Source of the DNA: Escherichia phage KBNP1711
Length of the DNA: 64,000 bases
Sequence record: NC_023593.1
Direction: 5' to 3' (one strand)
This document shows, in pieces, positions 39,767-48,267 of this stretch. The stretch's first letter is position 1, and every line of letters begins with the position of its first letter. Both the position numbers and the translations under genes were made by a program. The notes under the pieces are model-generated. The model did not search any database. It was not told the origin of the DNA and saw nothing but the letters and a program-made list of their open reading frames with translations.

Positions 39767-40547
39767 CAATAGTTCAAGCAAAGGCGCTACTCTTTGCTCC
39801 GTTCTCTTATGAACTGCTTACAGTTTCCTGTAAGATCGGACTATATCTTCATCTCCACCTTTACGTGCTGAGAGACAGGCGCTTCCGTAACACTTGTTAC
39901 GTACTCCCTTCCGGGATAGTCTCTGAACTTTCCGTGACACAAACTTTTCTACATAGATCAATGAACTGAGCATCAGATAGTTTACCTTTTGCATTATTCA
40001 CTTCCCAAGTTACCCATTGGACATTTCCAATTTCGTAACCTTTCGAATTATCCTTCCTATCTAAAGAAAGTTTATTCGGATGTCCGCTGACGAAAGATAG
40101 TGAATCTCCTGTCAAGGCACATTTGTAGTTTTGCTGAGAAAGAAGCTCGAATAAATAGTCTTGAGTAATCGTGAACTCAAAACCCCTTTCTCTAGCTCTG
40201 TGATGGGAGTTGTGATATCTCTCACGAACCGCTCCACCCCAAGTTTGTCGATATTGTCCCATAGCAGCAGATGCTGCACTTCTGTTTCGACGTCTCCACT
40301 CATTTGAAGCAATGAGAGCACAATTTTTTACATTGACATTGCTTTCCATCTTTACTCTTAGATGAATTATGGAAACTGTCGAGTGGCTTTTCTTCGCCAC
40401 AGCTTGAACATATCTTTGTCATAAACACCTCCTTGTGTTGATGTTTATGTCACGGCTTAGCTGCTGATTGGCATATCTTTCGACTTAGCTTTCCAGCAAT
40501 TCACCTGTTTTGCTTCTGCACATTTCTATGCAGTGAACCAATTATTT
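39767..40547 (-). mobile_element. group I intron (putative) interrupting DNA polymerase motif B
   Basis: Exon 1 ends on U, intron ends on G; splicing restores 'KTFIYAFNYGAGD'. Confidence 0.55.
39897..40400 (-). CDS. intron-encoded HNH homing endonuclease
   Basis: 'SLDRKDNSKGYEIGNVQWVTWEVNNAKG' HNH-type motif; ORF lies within the intron. Confidence 0.6.
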   Translation of the reverse strand: MAKKSHSTVSIIHLRVKMESNVNVKNCALIASNEWRRRNRSAASAAMGQYRQTWGGAVRERYHNSHHRARERGFEFTITQDYLFELLSQQNYKCALTGDSLSFVSGHPNKLSLDRKDNSKGYEIGNVQWVTWEVNNAKGKLSDAQFIDLCRKVCVTESSETIPEGST

Positions 40548-41910
40548 AGTTAAAGGCATATATAAATGTCTTCGCATTGTCACGAGTAGGAAGACCAGCA
40601 AGTCTCTGATTATGAGAATGGATATCACCTTCTAACAGAATATCACGATACATAACAGCAGAAGCTAAACCACGTTCAGCTAATGCTTTCTTACCAGCGT
40701 TACCTTCTGCAATTGCTTCAGCAAGCATGTCTCTACACTCTTTAATGAGGTAGTGAGCAAGCATACGAAGCTCTAATCCAGAACCATCATAACCTAGGAA
40801 GAGTTCTCTACCAGCTGGTACATAATACTTATATAACCCTACTGGTTTGTCTTTCTTTCCGGGTTTTCCACGTTCGTAGATAACGTTTGTATTTTTTCGT
40901 AAGTAACACCCATCAGGGATATTGTTGGTAATGATGAAAGGATAGTTATGACTATCATCTGTGGAGTAGTTAGATTGAAATAAACTCCTACACTCGTGAC
41001 CAAACAGACCGCGAGAAGGAATATTAACAACAATGCGATGTTTAAAACGAAATGTCGGAGTAGCGCAGCTATTAGCTTCCGCTGAGAGTTTACCATCTGG
41101 ACGTTCCTTATCAATCAGTCCATTAATCAAGCCTAGTCTGTGAGCCGCTACAACACGTCTCTTAAGCAGACTTCCCACCTTACCTAGATCACCCTCAAGA
41201 CCTTCTTCAAGAGTCTCTTCGAGGTTTGTAGGAGCTGTGGGCCACTTGTTCGAAGTAGCTAATGCTCTCTTAATTTCATCAAAGGTTACAGGTTTCTTCC
41301 TGTTAGGGTTTAAACCTAAACCAAAGACATAAGCCTTCATGTAGTTGACAGTTTTGTGACGAAAGTGCTTATCCAAGAATTTCTTGATATCAGCATCAAC
41401 CATCTGAGCTGTCTGTCGCTCTTTCTCATTGCCACGCATCCAAGAGTTGTACCATTCTTGATACGTTCCACACTTACGCAAGGCTCGCTTAATCTCAAAT
41501 GTGTTCCAAGGCTTCTTAGATGTATTAAATTCTGGAGGAAGAAAACCTTCATCCATCAGTGCTTCTTTAACTCGTGCATCCTTTGATGGGTCAAAGTCAA
41601 CATACTCAACACAAGTAAAAGCTCCACCGATATCTTCCCTCTTTAACCCCACTCTGTCACAATATAATTGAGGCCACTTCTGAAGAGCACCAGTCTTCTT
41701 AAAGGGTTTCATGTAAGTAGAACCATCAACCCTCATCTTAGGTAACAGAGGAATCAGCTCTCTGTCGATGTTAACGATAATCTCTCTGAGAAGGTGAACA
41801 TACCACCGTGCATTCCTCCGATTAAAGTTGACACCACTCTTCGCTTGCTTTGAAATTATATCAGCGACAGTCATCTCCGTTAAGAACGGAAGTACATCAG
41901 GGTTCTCCAT
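40548..41910 (-). CDS. DNA polymerase (family A), exon 1
   Basis: Motif A 'DGSGLELRMLAHY'; start of motif B 'RDNAKTFIY'; AAGGAG RBS. Confidence 0.7.
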
Positions 41911-41925
41911 CACCCTCTCCTTTTA

Positions 41926-42303
41926 TTATCGGTATAGTAAATCTGTAAACGCTTGGTTGTCTGCTATTACGTCCAAAGCCTCATCCGTGCTAGGAACTTC
42001 AGTTGCTTCCACTTGGTACGCAACTTCACGTACACGGAAAGCTCTTGCAGGAACCCTAAAGTCTGCATGTCTCTCCATAACATCTTTCTGAACCTGTGCA
42101 AGCTTCATACCCCACACTTCTTCATAAAGCTCTGGATGTTTGTTACTAATAACTACATACTGACGGTGTATGGATTTTGACTCTCTGACCTTAGCTAGTA
42201 GATCATTAAATAGATCTAACTCTTCTTCTGAGAGCGCATCTACAACGTCTTCCCACTTCTCTACACAGAAGCGGTGGGCATGTCTGATAGGTAATGGCAT
42301 CAC
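41926..42303 (-). CDS. hypothetical protein
   Basis: ORF track. Confidence 0.35.
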   Translation of the reverse strand: MMPLPIRHAHRFCVEKWEDVVDALSEEELDLFNDLLAKVRESKSIHRQYVVISNKHPELYEEVWGMKLAQVQKDVMERHADFRVPARAFRVREVAYQVEATEVPSTDEALDVIADNQAFTDLLYR

Positions 42304-42582
42304 TCACCCCTTAGGAAAAGGAATCAACAAATCAACTGCTGCTTGAATATCTTCTTGCACTTTAGGGTTTTTGTAAGAAACAAAACGGCCTTTGCTGTCT
42401 CGAAGCATCACATTAGTGCGGGCAGTTTCTTTAAACATTAAGATATTTTCAGCGGCATCCCTCTCTTCCATCATACCAAAATCCATAATATCTTCTGGAG
42501 CTGAGGCGATTTTGAGCTTGAAGGTCTGGCCTGTGCCGTTGTCGTAACGATCACTGATCTGGATAGTTTTCACCAGAGACAT
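42304..42582 (-). CDS. hypothetical small protein (tandem paralogue 1)
   Basis: Shares 'ARTNV.LR...G.F.SYKN..V...........L.PFPKG' with 42584..42841. Confidence 0.4.
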   Translation of the reverse strand: MSLVKTIQISDRYDNGTGQTFKLKIASAPEDIMDFGMMEERDAAENILMFKETARTNVMLRDSKGRFVSYKNPKVQEDIQAAVDLLIPFPKG

Positions 42583-42583
42583 A

Positions 42584-42841
42584 TTAAACTCCTTTAGGGA
42601 AAGGAAGAAGATTTTCTACTGCAACACGATAAACCTTTTCTACGTTTTTGTTTTTATAAGAGATGAACTTGCCATCAGCACCACGAAGGATTACGTTAGT
42701 TCGAGCTGTCTTTGGGTTATGAGAAATCTGATTAGCAATGATAGACGCGTTAAGAGCATTCTCAGCATAATTAGTGAAGTTCCATTTAACAAGTTTAGTA
42801 GAAAGAGAATCGATGATAGTTACAGTTTTTACGATAGACAT
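42584..42841 (-). CDS. hypothetical small protein (tandem paralogue 2)
   Basis: Paralogue of 42304..42582. Confidence 0.4.
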   Translation of the reverse strand: MSIVKTVTIIDSLSTKLVKWNFTNYAENALNASIIANQISHNPKTARTNVILRGADGKFISYKNKNVEKVYRVAVENLLPFPKGV

Positions 42842-42865
42842 ATTTTATTACCTAAAGGATTTGTA

Positions 42866-42895
42866 TAAAAGAAAAGGCCACCCAAATGGGTAGCC
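42866..42895 (-). terminator. rho-independent terminator (- strand)
   Basis: 'ggctaccc attt gggtggcc' hairpin plus 'ttttctttt' on the - strand. Confidence 0.5.
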
Positions 42896-42900
42896 TCTGA

Positions 42901-43215
42901 TTAACTTGAGCTTAAAGCCCCTTTGCGACCGCCAGCTGATTTTCCAGCGCGATCTCCACTTTTGCCGCCAGCTGAACGATTTCCGCTGACTGTCTCAACA
43001 CGTAAGTTGCTTGACGCATTAGAGCCTCCTGATTTAATGGCTCGTTTGTGTCCGACATCTTTACCTTTGAGTGCAGATTTTCCAACGCGTTTTTCAACGA
43101 TGCGACGTGCACGGTGGCGCTGAGCATCTCCGCTCTTACTTCCAACTCCCGTTTCACCTCTTGCGATGGCTGTACGTCTTTCTTGTGCATAATCTCTTTT
43201 AGCCTTATCAGTCAT
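42901..43215 (-). CDS. basic Gly/Ser/Lys/Arg-rich protein (possible nucleic-acid-binding)
   Basis: Strong AAGGAG RBS; TAATGTATA motif 37 nt upstream. Confidence 0.45.
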   Translation of the reverse strand: MTDKAKRDYAQERRTAIARGETGVGSKSGDAQRHRARRIVEKRVGKSALKGKDVGHKRAIKSGGSNASSNLRVETVSGNRSAGGKSGDRAGKSAGGRKGALSSS

Positions 43216-43251
43216 TTACAACTCCTTAATATATCAGTGTACACTAAGGAG

Positions 43252-43260
43252 TATACATTA
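43252..43260 (-). promoter_or_regulatory. TAATGTATA motif (- strand)
   Basis: + strand 'tatacatta' upstream of 42901..43215. Confidence 0.45.
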
Positions 43261-43286
43261 TGAGAGGGTAGCTTTAGTTGCCAGCT

Positions 43287-43472
43287 TTAGTCACACCACC
43301 CTGTAGGTGGTACAAAAGTGTCAGGAACATCAATAATAGTTGGTTCACCATCATTTACACAGGTATCTTCATTAAATTCTTCACACTCAAAACATGCTTG
43401 TTCAATGTTTTTGTAGAAGTCAATGGTAGAAGTACCATCACCACAGTCTCGGATAACTAGGGCAACTTGCAT
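43287..43472 (-). CDS. hypothetical small Cys-containing protein
   Basis: ORF track. Confidence 0.3.
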   Translation of the reverse strand: MQVALVIRDCGDGTSTIDFYKNIEQACFECEEFNEDTCVNDGEPTIIDVPDTFVPPTGWCD

Positions 43473-44213
43473 TTAATTACCACCCTTTTCCATAGCTTTA
43501 ACGATTGCTTTACAGAAACCAGAACGAACAATATCATCTGAGTCGCCATCAACAATATCAGCGAACTCGTACAGGTCGTGATCGTCAATGAACTCAGTAG
43601 CCCAAGTAAGACCGCTCTCTCGGCCTTTCATATCGTGCTGGTTAGTGTCACCCATGCAGAACAGCTGGGATGTTTCACCCAAGCGAGTCATAATAGAGAA
43701 TGCTTCATCTTTGGTTGTATTCTGGAACTCATCCACAATAACAATGGCATCATTGAAAGAGCGACCACGGAGATATTCCAGAGGCACAAACTCAATGTTC
43801 CCATTACCAAGCTGACATTCATAGAAACCTTTACCATACCGCTGAGTGATTACATCAACAATAGGCATCAGGTATGGTTCGAACTTATCACGAAGCCCAC
43901 CCGGAAGTAATCCAAGAGAGTTACCCATGCCAACAGAGGGTCGGCTAATGATAATCTTTTGAATCTTACCACTCTTCAGTGCATCAATGACAGTAGAGGT
44001 GATGACGAACGTCTTACCACAGCCCGCAGGAGCGTCTGTGAACACCACTTGTTTAGTCTTGATAGCATTGAGTAGCTCAGATTGAAACTGATTCTGAGGG
44101 ACCACTGGCTTCGCTAAAACAACCTCTTCATACTCACGCTTACCTTTCTTAGTGACTAAGGCTTCACGACGTAAATCTTTACGAGATTCTCTACGGGACT
44201 GTCTACGGCTCAT
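43473..44213 (-). CDS. phoH: PhoH-like ATPase
   Basis: Walker A 'DAPAGCGKTF', Walker B 'IVIVDEFQN'. Confidence 0.7.
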   Translation of the reverse strand: MSRRQSRRESRKDLRREALVTKKGKREYEEVVLAKPVVPQNQFQSELLNAIKTKQVVFTDAPAGCGKTFVITSTVIDALKSGKIQKIIISRPSVGMGNSLGLLPGGLRDKFEPYLMPIVDVITQRYGKGFYECQLGNGNIEFVPLEYLRGRSFNDAIVIVDEFQNTTKDEAFSIMTRLGETSQLFCMGDTNQHDMKGRESGLTWATEFIDDHDLYEFADIVDGDSDDIVRSGFCKAIVKAMEKGGN

Positions 44214-44395
44214 TTTCGCTCTCCTAGCTCTTCGTAATTAAATACAGAGGTTCGACAATCTTTACATGTTGTTGTATAGACCCGAACATTAATGAACTTC
44301 TTGTTCTTCCCTTTGGTGGGTGAGCCTTTAGCAAGCTCGCTGATAACTTTAGAACTTAAGTTTAGGTTTGTTCCTTCACATTTAGAACACTTCAC
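44210..44395 (-). CDS. small zinc-ribbon protein
   Basis: 'CSKCEG...CKDC' paired CxxC. Confidence 0.35.
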   Translation of the reverse strand: MKCSKCEGTNLNLSSKVISELAKGSPTKGKNKKFINVRVYTTTCKDCRTSVFNYEELGERK

Positions 44396-44558
44396 TCCGG
44401 CTCACCAACAGTAACATCCCATACAACTTGGGAGATGATGTTGTTAATCTGTTTGATTTGCTCGTGAGTCAGTTGCATACCTTTCATTTTCCGAGAGGCA
44501 TTACTTCGTGCTCTTCGCTGACGATAGAAGTTATTCTTTTTAGTAGAGTGTAAGCTAC

Positions 44559-44744
44559 TCATTTCACAACCTTAAATTTGAATGTTGTTGGGTGATAATA
44601 ATGCAACCTGTTAATGGTGTGCTTTGTTTCAAGATATGTCCTACAGGAGTGACACATAACATGAGACAAACCAGTCACAGGATTGGGCTTAAAATTGATG
44701 ATAGTCTTCTCTTTCTTACAGAAGCTACACACTTTCTTATCCAT
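44559..44744 (-). CDS. small zinc-ribbon protein
   Basis: 'CSFC...CHSC' paired CxxC. Confidence 0.35.
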   Translation of the reverse strand: MDKKVCSFCKKEKTIINFKPNPVTGLSHVMCHSCRTYLETKHTINRLHYYHPTTFKFKVVK

Positions 44745-44892
44745 CTTCTCTCCTGCTAATCCTCTGAGTTGTGGGAACAGCAGTATTCACATACTCCACA
44801 ACAAGGACAAATCTCTACACTTGGGTCATATGCATCATCAACTGTCATCCCACACTTGGTGCAGAACACATCATCATCATCTTCTTCCAATA

Positions 44893-45549
44893 TTAATTCT
44901 CCAAAGTTTTCTTCAGAGCTGCCCACGAGATTGGGTAGAGTTTAGCCATCTCTTCATCCAGAGATTGAGCAAACACTCGAACTTCGTATTGAGCGTGAGA
45001 GGAGAGTCGCTGACGACACAACTCAAACCAGCCATACAAAGAACCAGTCCACACCCACTCAGTGATCATTCCCTGAGGAAGAACAAATCGAGCTTGCTCT
45101 GGTGCAACGAATTCAATCAACTTGTCATATGCTGCTAGAGAGGCTTCATATGCATCGTTAATCAACATTAATGCTTCAGCTCGCTCTCCATCAATGAGTT
45201 GAACCCCTGAACCTGCATGGAGGTCCGAAGGTCTCGCAAAAATCTCTTTAGGGATGAAGACTTCAACTGCTCCATCTTTATACCTCCGGGACATTTCGTT
45301 CCACGAGAATCCAACCTGATGCTTGCCCAGCTGTCTCGCAATTGCGATAGGTGCTTTGCATCGGAAACTGACTTGCGGGTGCCTGAAAGGCGTGACATGC
45401 TTCTCTCTTGCGAGGAAGTTGATGAGACGTTCATCACGTTCATTTAAATCACCTTCACGGGTTACGCCAAAGGAAACTCGAGCTGCGTTTACTACGCTAC
45501 GATCACTTCCCATAGCTTCGATTAATGTTGCTTGTAATTGTTCATTCAT
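44893..45549 (-). CDS. thyX: flavin-dependent thymidylate synthase (ThyX family), atypical RHR motif
   Basis: Matches recalled Thermotoga ThyX ('AARVSF','KAPI..ARQ','S.RY','SHAQ.E'); has KHQ where RHR is expected. Confidence 0.65.
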   Translation of the reverse strand: MNEQLQATLIEAMGSDRSVVNAARVSFGVTREGDLNERDERLINFLAREKHVTPFRHPQVSFRCKAPIAIARQLGKHQVGFSWNEMSRRYKDGAVEVFIPKEIFARPSDLHAGSGVQLIDGERAEALMLINDAYEASLAAYDKLIEFVAPEQARFVLPQGMITEWVWTGSLYGWFELCRQRLSSHAQYEVRVFAQSLDEEMAKLYPISWAALKKTLEN

Positions 45550-45564
45550 CCGTGAATTTCCTTA

Positions 45565-45774
45565 TTAATATTCTTTTACATAATAAACCACTAAGGTTCC
45601 CATCTCTGACAATGTTGATTTATGTAAGCTTACTTTACTATAAATCTTTGGAGCCATCTTAAGAGCCTTCTTAAAACGGCGAGCATCTTTACGAGTAGCA
45701 AAGTGCTCTGTAACAGGTATAGACAGATCTTGGTAGATATAATATACCACCGTCCAATATTTTTTCATAATCAA
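45565..45774 (-). CDS. small protein, member of a 4-copy paralogue family
   Basis: 'W.V........F.TRK(D/E)AR..KK...' and C-terminal YY shared with 47631..48267. Confidence 0.4.
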   Translation of the reverse strand: MIMKKYWTVVYYIYQDLSIPVTEHFATRKDARRFKKALKMAPKIYSKVSLHKSTLSEMGTLVVYYVKEY

Positions 45775-46043
45775 ACACCTAGGGCAGTAGTTAAGAATGC
45801 TTTCAGGTTTGCTTCAGTCTGCATACCAGAGATGCTGTAGTGTGCACCACTGTTACGGTCAGGCACAACGAAAGCAGGGATACTTCGTACACCATACTTA
45901 ACAGCTTGTTCACGACCATCACCTTCAAGGATATTAATCTCTTCCACTTCTACATCAAACTCCTTAACAACCTTCTCAAAGGTAGGAGCCATTGCTTTAC
46001 ATGGAGCACACTGATCACTATAAAACTTAATTACTTTACTCAT
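45771..46043 (-). CDS. thioredoxin-like protein
   Basis: 'CAPC' active-site dithiol; AAGGA RBS before internal Met (track ORF to 46097). Confidence 0.6.
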   Translation of the reverse strand: MSKVIKFYSDQCAPCKAMAPTFEKVVKEFDVEVEEINILEGDGREQAVKYGVRSIPAFVVPDRNSGAHYSISGMQTEANLKAFLTTALGV

Positions 46044-46233
46044 TCTATTCCTTGTTAATAAACAGGTTGATATGATGCTGGGTAGCAGGAACAACAATAA
46101 AAGATTTATACTGACCTTTTGCTAAGTCATGAGCAATCTTCTTTGTCTGACCAAGACCCATCACACAGCCGCTAACGATAATGGCATGTGCTTGTAATTC
46201 TTCAGGTAGGTTTAGTTTCACTCTTTGGATTCC

Positions 46234-46419
46234 TTATAGCATACAAAGAATAATAACAAGAGGTAGTGTTATAGCAAAATGTACCAGAACAACACTACCT
46301 AGCTTGATAGCTTTAACATCCTCTTCTGCTGGGTTTTCTTTAATTGCTAAATTTCGAGCTTTATATATAACAGTACCAACTATTAACGACCACACGGCCC
46401 ACACAATCAGTGAAATCAT
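46234..46419 (-). CDS. small two-TM membrane protein (paralogue 1)
   Basis: Two hydrophobic segments; similar to 46429..46608. Confidence 0.35.
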   Translation of the reverse strand: MISLIVWAVWSLIVGTVIYKARNLAIKENPAEEDVKAIKLGSVVLVHFAITLPLVIILCML

Positions 46420-46428
46420 ATCAAACCC

Positions 46429-46608
46429 TTATGCAGTCCACAGGTGGAGAAGGAAAGGAATCACAATAGTACAAACTACCAGAGCGATGCTGCCATGTTT
46501 AATAGCTTTAGCTTCACTTGGATTTTCTTTAAGCATCTGCTTCTGGGCCAGATAGACGATACCACCAATAATGATTGCCCAAAAAGACCATACGATTGCT
46601 GAAAACAT
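46429..46608 (-). CDS. small two-TM membrane protein (paralogue 2)
   Basis: 'MFSAIVWSFWAIIIGG...KENPSEAKAIKHGS' resembles 46234..46419; track ORF trimmed to internal Met. Confidence 0.35.
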   Translation of the reverse strand: MFSAIVWSFWAIIIGGIVYLAQKQMLKENPSEAKAIKHGSIALVVCTIVIPFLLHLWTA

Positions 46609-46669
46609 ATTCACATCCTTATAAAGAAGTTCGCCCCACCTCGGATTAGGAGACAGGGCGGAGGTTTGA

Positions 46670-47254
46670 TTAGTAAGACACGTCACCACTGGAGTGGGAC
46701 ATGTTGCTCTTGACGAAGTAACAGAACTTTCCAAGACCTTCATTAATTTCTTGAAGCATACTCTGATCAACTGGATAGGTGCACAAGTCTGAATCAAACT
46801 CGTCCATCTTCTCAATGATACACATAAGAGTCATGCACATGTCAGAAAGCATACCGTCCATGTCGAGATCAGCGTTACCTTCTCGGAACCAAGCACAACC
46901 AAGATAGCTACTAGCTGTTGCATCCACTTTAATGCAGTGATAACGCATTCGCTCTGCTACCCGATCACCAGTTTCACGAGCATAATCTTCTAGTTCATCG
47001 AACATACCGTGAACACCTTGGAAACCAGCTCCAGAGACGTTCCAGTGATAGTTCTTTGATTTGATGTGTAGAAGTTCAAGGTTAGCCTGCACACCACACA
47101 GGATGTGCTCTAGGCTGTTACCGCTAATCAATTTATTCATTCCCTCTAGACGAGAGATAGAAGAGTCAGTTGTAGAGAATGGGTTGCTAGAACCCACTCG
47201 TGTCAGTTCAGGTAAGTCGAAGACATTATTATGCATTAGGTTCATCTCCTTCAA
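46670..47254 (-). CDS. Dps/ferritin-like protein
   Basis: 'ANLELLHIKSKNYHWNVSGAGFQGVHGMFDELEDYARETGDRVAERM' resembles the Dps di-iron site helix pair. Confidence 0.45.
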   Translation of the reverse strand: MKEMNLMHNNVFDLPELTRVGSSNPFSTTDSSISRLEGMNKLISGNSLEHILCGVQANLELLHIKSKNYHWNVSGAGFQGVHGMFDELEDYARETGDRVAERMRYHCIKVDATASSYLGCAWFREGNADLDMDGMLSDMCMTLMCIIEKMDEFDSDLCTYPVDQSMLQEINEGLGKFCYFVKSNMSHSSGDVSY

Positions 47255-47558
47255 GCTCAGTAGAGTTAGCTACATTTCGTTCCAGATTTGAGATTACCTG
47301 TTGGGTGATAACGATGCAGTTCTGTGGGTCAACTGACTTAGAACGTCCCATCTCAGGGTCATACACCTTAACACGTTTTGCTGTAGAACCAGTTACCTGT
47401 AATACCTTGAGAAGATAACCCTGATTCCCGATAGACCATGCAACAACATCACGATTCTTGATGAATCGACCAAGCATATCACGATGATAGAACTGCTGCA
47501 TAACCTTTGATTTATTAATCTCTTCGGCTGGCGGAGCCACTTTACTCAAATCTAACAT
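47229..47558 (-). CDS. hypothetical protein
   Basis: ORF track; variant AAATGTATA motif about 40 nt upstream. Confidence 0.35.
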   Translation of the reverse strand: MLDLSKVAPPAEEINKSKVMQQFYHRDMLGRFIKNRDVVAWSIGNQGYLLKVLQVTGSTAKRVKVYDPEMGRSKSVDPQNCIVITQQVISNLERNVANSTELEGDEPNA

Positions 47559-47630
47559 TTCACTCTCTCCTGTTTAACACAATATTCTTATACTGTATAT
47601 ACATTTGAGAGTGATCATATCTACTACCAA

Positions 47631-47840
47631 TCAGTAGTAAATTACTTTAGACATAAAAGAACCAGTGTTAGGGTCTTCATGCCAGCGATGTATGTCAGCG
47701 CTTTTTACTATTGTGCCCAGAGTCTTCAACTGTTTCTTAGCAATACGAGCCTCTTTGCGAGTGTCAAACAATTTGATGTTATCTTTTCTCATATGTTGCT
47801 CAAGATCCCAAACAACATGAATAGCCCACATCTTTTTCAT
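47631..47840 (-). CDS. small protein, paralogue family member
   Basis: Tandem array member. Confidence 0.4.
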   Translation of the reverse strand: MKKMWAIHVVWDLEQHMRKDNIKLFDTRKEARIAKKQLKTLGTIVKSADIHRWHEDPNTGSFMSKVIYY

Positions 47841-48055
47841 TAGTAATGTACCTTTCCGCTGATATAAATACGGCCTGAGGTATACTCATAGCCCTTGAGA
47901 ATCTTAACAGAGGTAGTGGAGCCATCGTTTAGTGCACAGATTGACTTCTTAAGATTGCGTGCATCTTCTCGTGTCTTCTGGTAGGTCATGGTCACACCCC
48001 CACTCTTCCACTCTGTTTTAACTAACCAAACTATTTTCATAAGACCTGCTCTCAT
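47840..48055 (-). CDS. small protein, paralogue family member
   Basis: Tandem array member. Confidence 0.4.
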   Translation of the reverse strand: MRAGLMKIVWLVKTEWKSGGVTMTYQKTREDARNLKKSICALNDGSTTSVKILKGYEYTSGRIYISGKVHY

Positions 48056-48267
48056 TAGTAGTACACCTTGCTACCAGCCATAAATGCCCCTGTTGAGTTT
48101 ATCATGGCTTTGCTGATAGTAACTTTCTTACACCGTAAACATACCTTCCAGTTCTTTTTACAGATTCGAGCTTCTTGTCGAGTGTTACAAAAAATAGCCG
48201 AAGATATTTCTTGGGTGTTGTTATCATAAACACGAACACACCACTTTTTCATTGTTCCAAACTCCAC
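48055..48267 (-). CDS. small protein, paralogue family member
   Basis: Tandem array member. Confidence 0.4.
   Translation of the reverse strand: MEFGTMKKWCVRVYDNNTQEISSAIFCNTRQEARICKKNWKVCLRCKKVTISKAMINSTGAFMAGSKVYY

Noticed and set aside
42912-43190. Alternative-frame 92-aa ORF overlapping the basic protein gene
   Set aside because: Weaker RBS than the co-located 42901..43215 ORF; kept only as an alternative.
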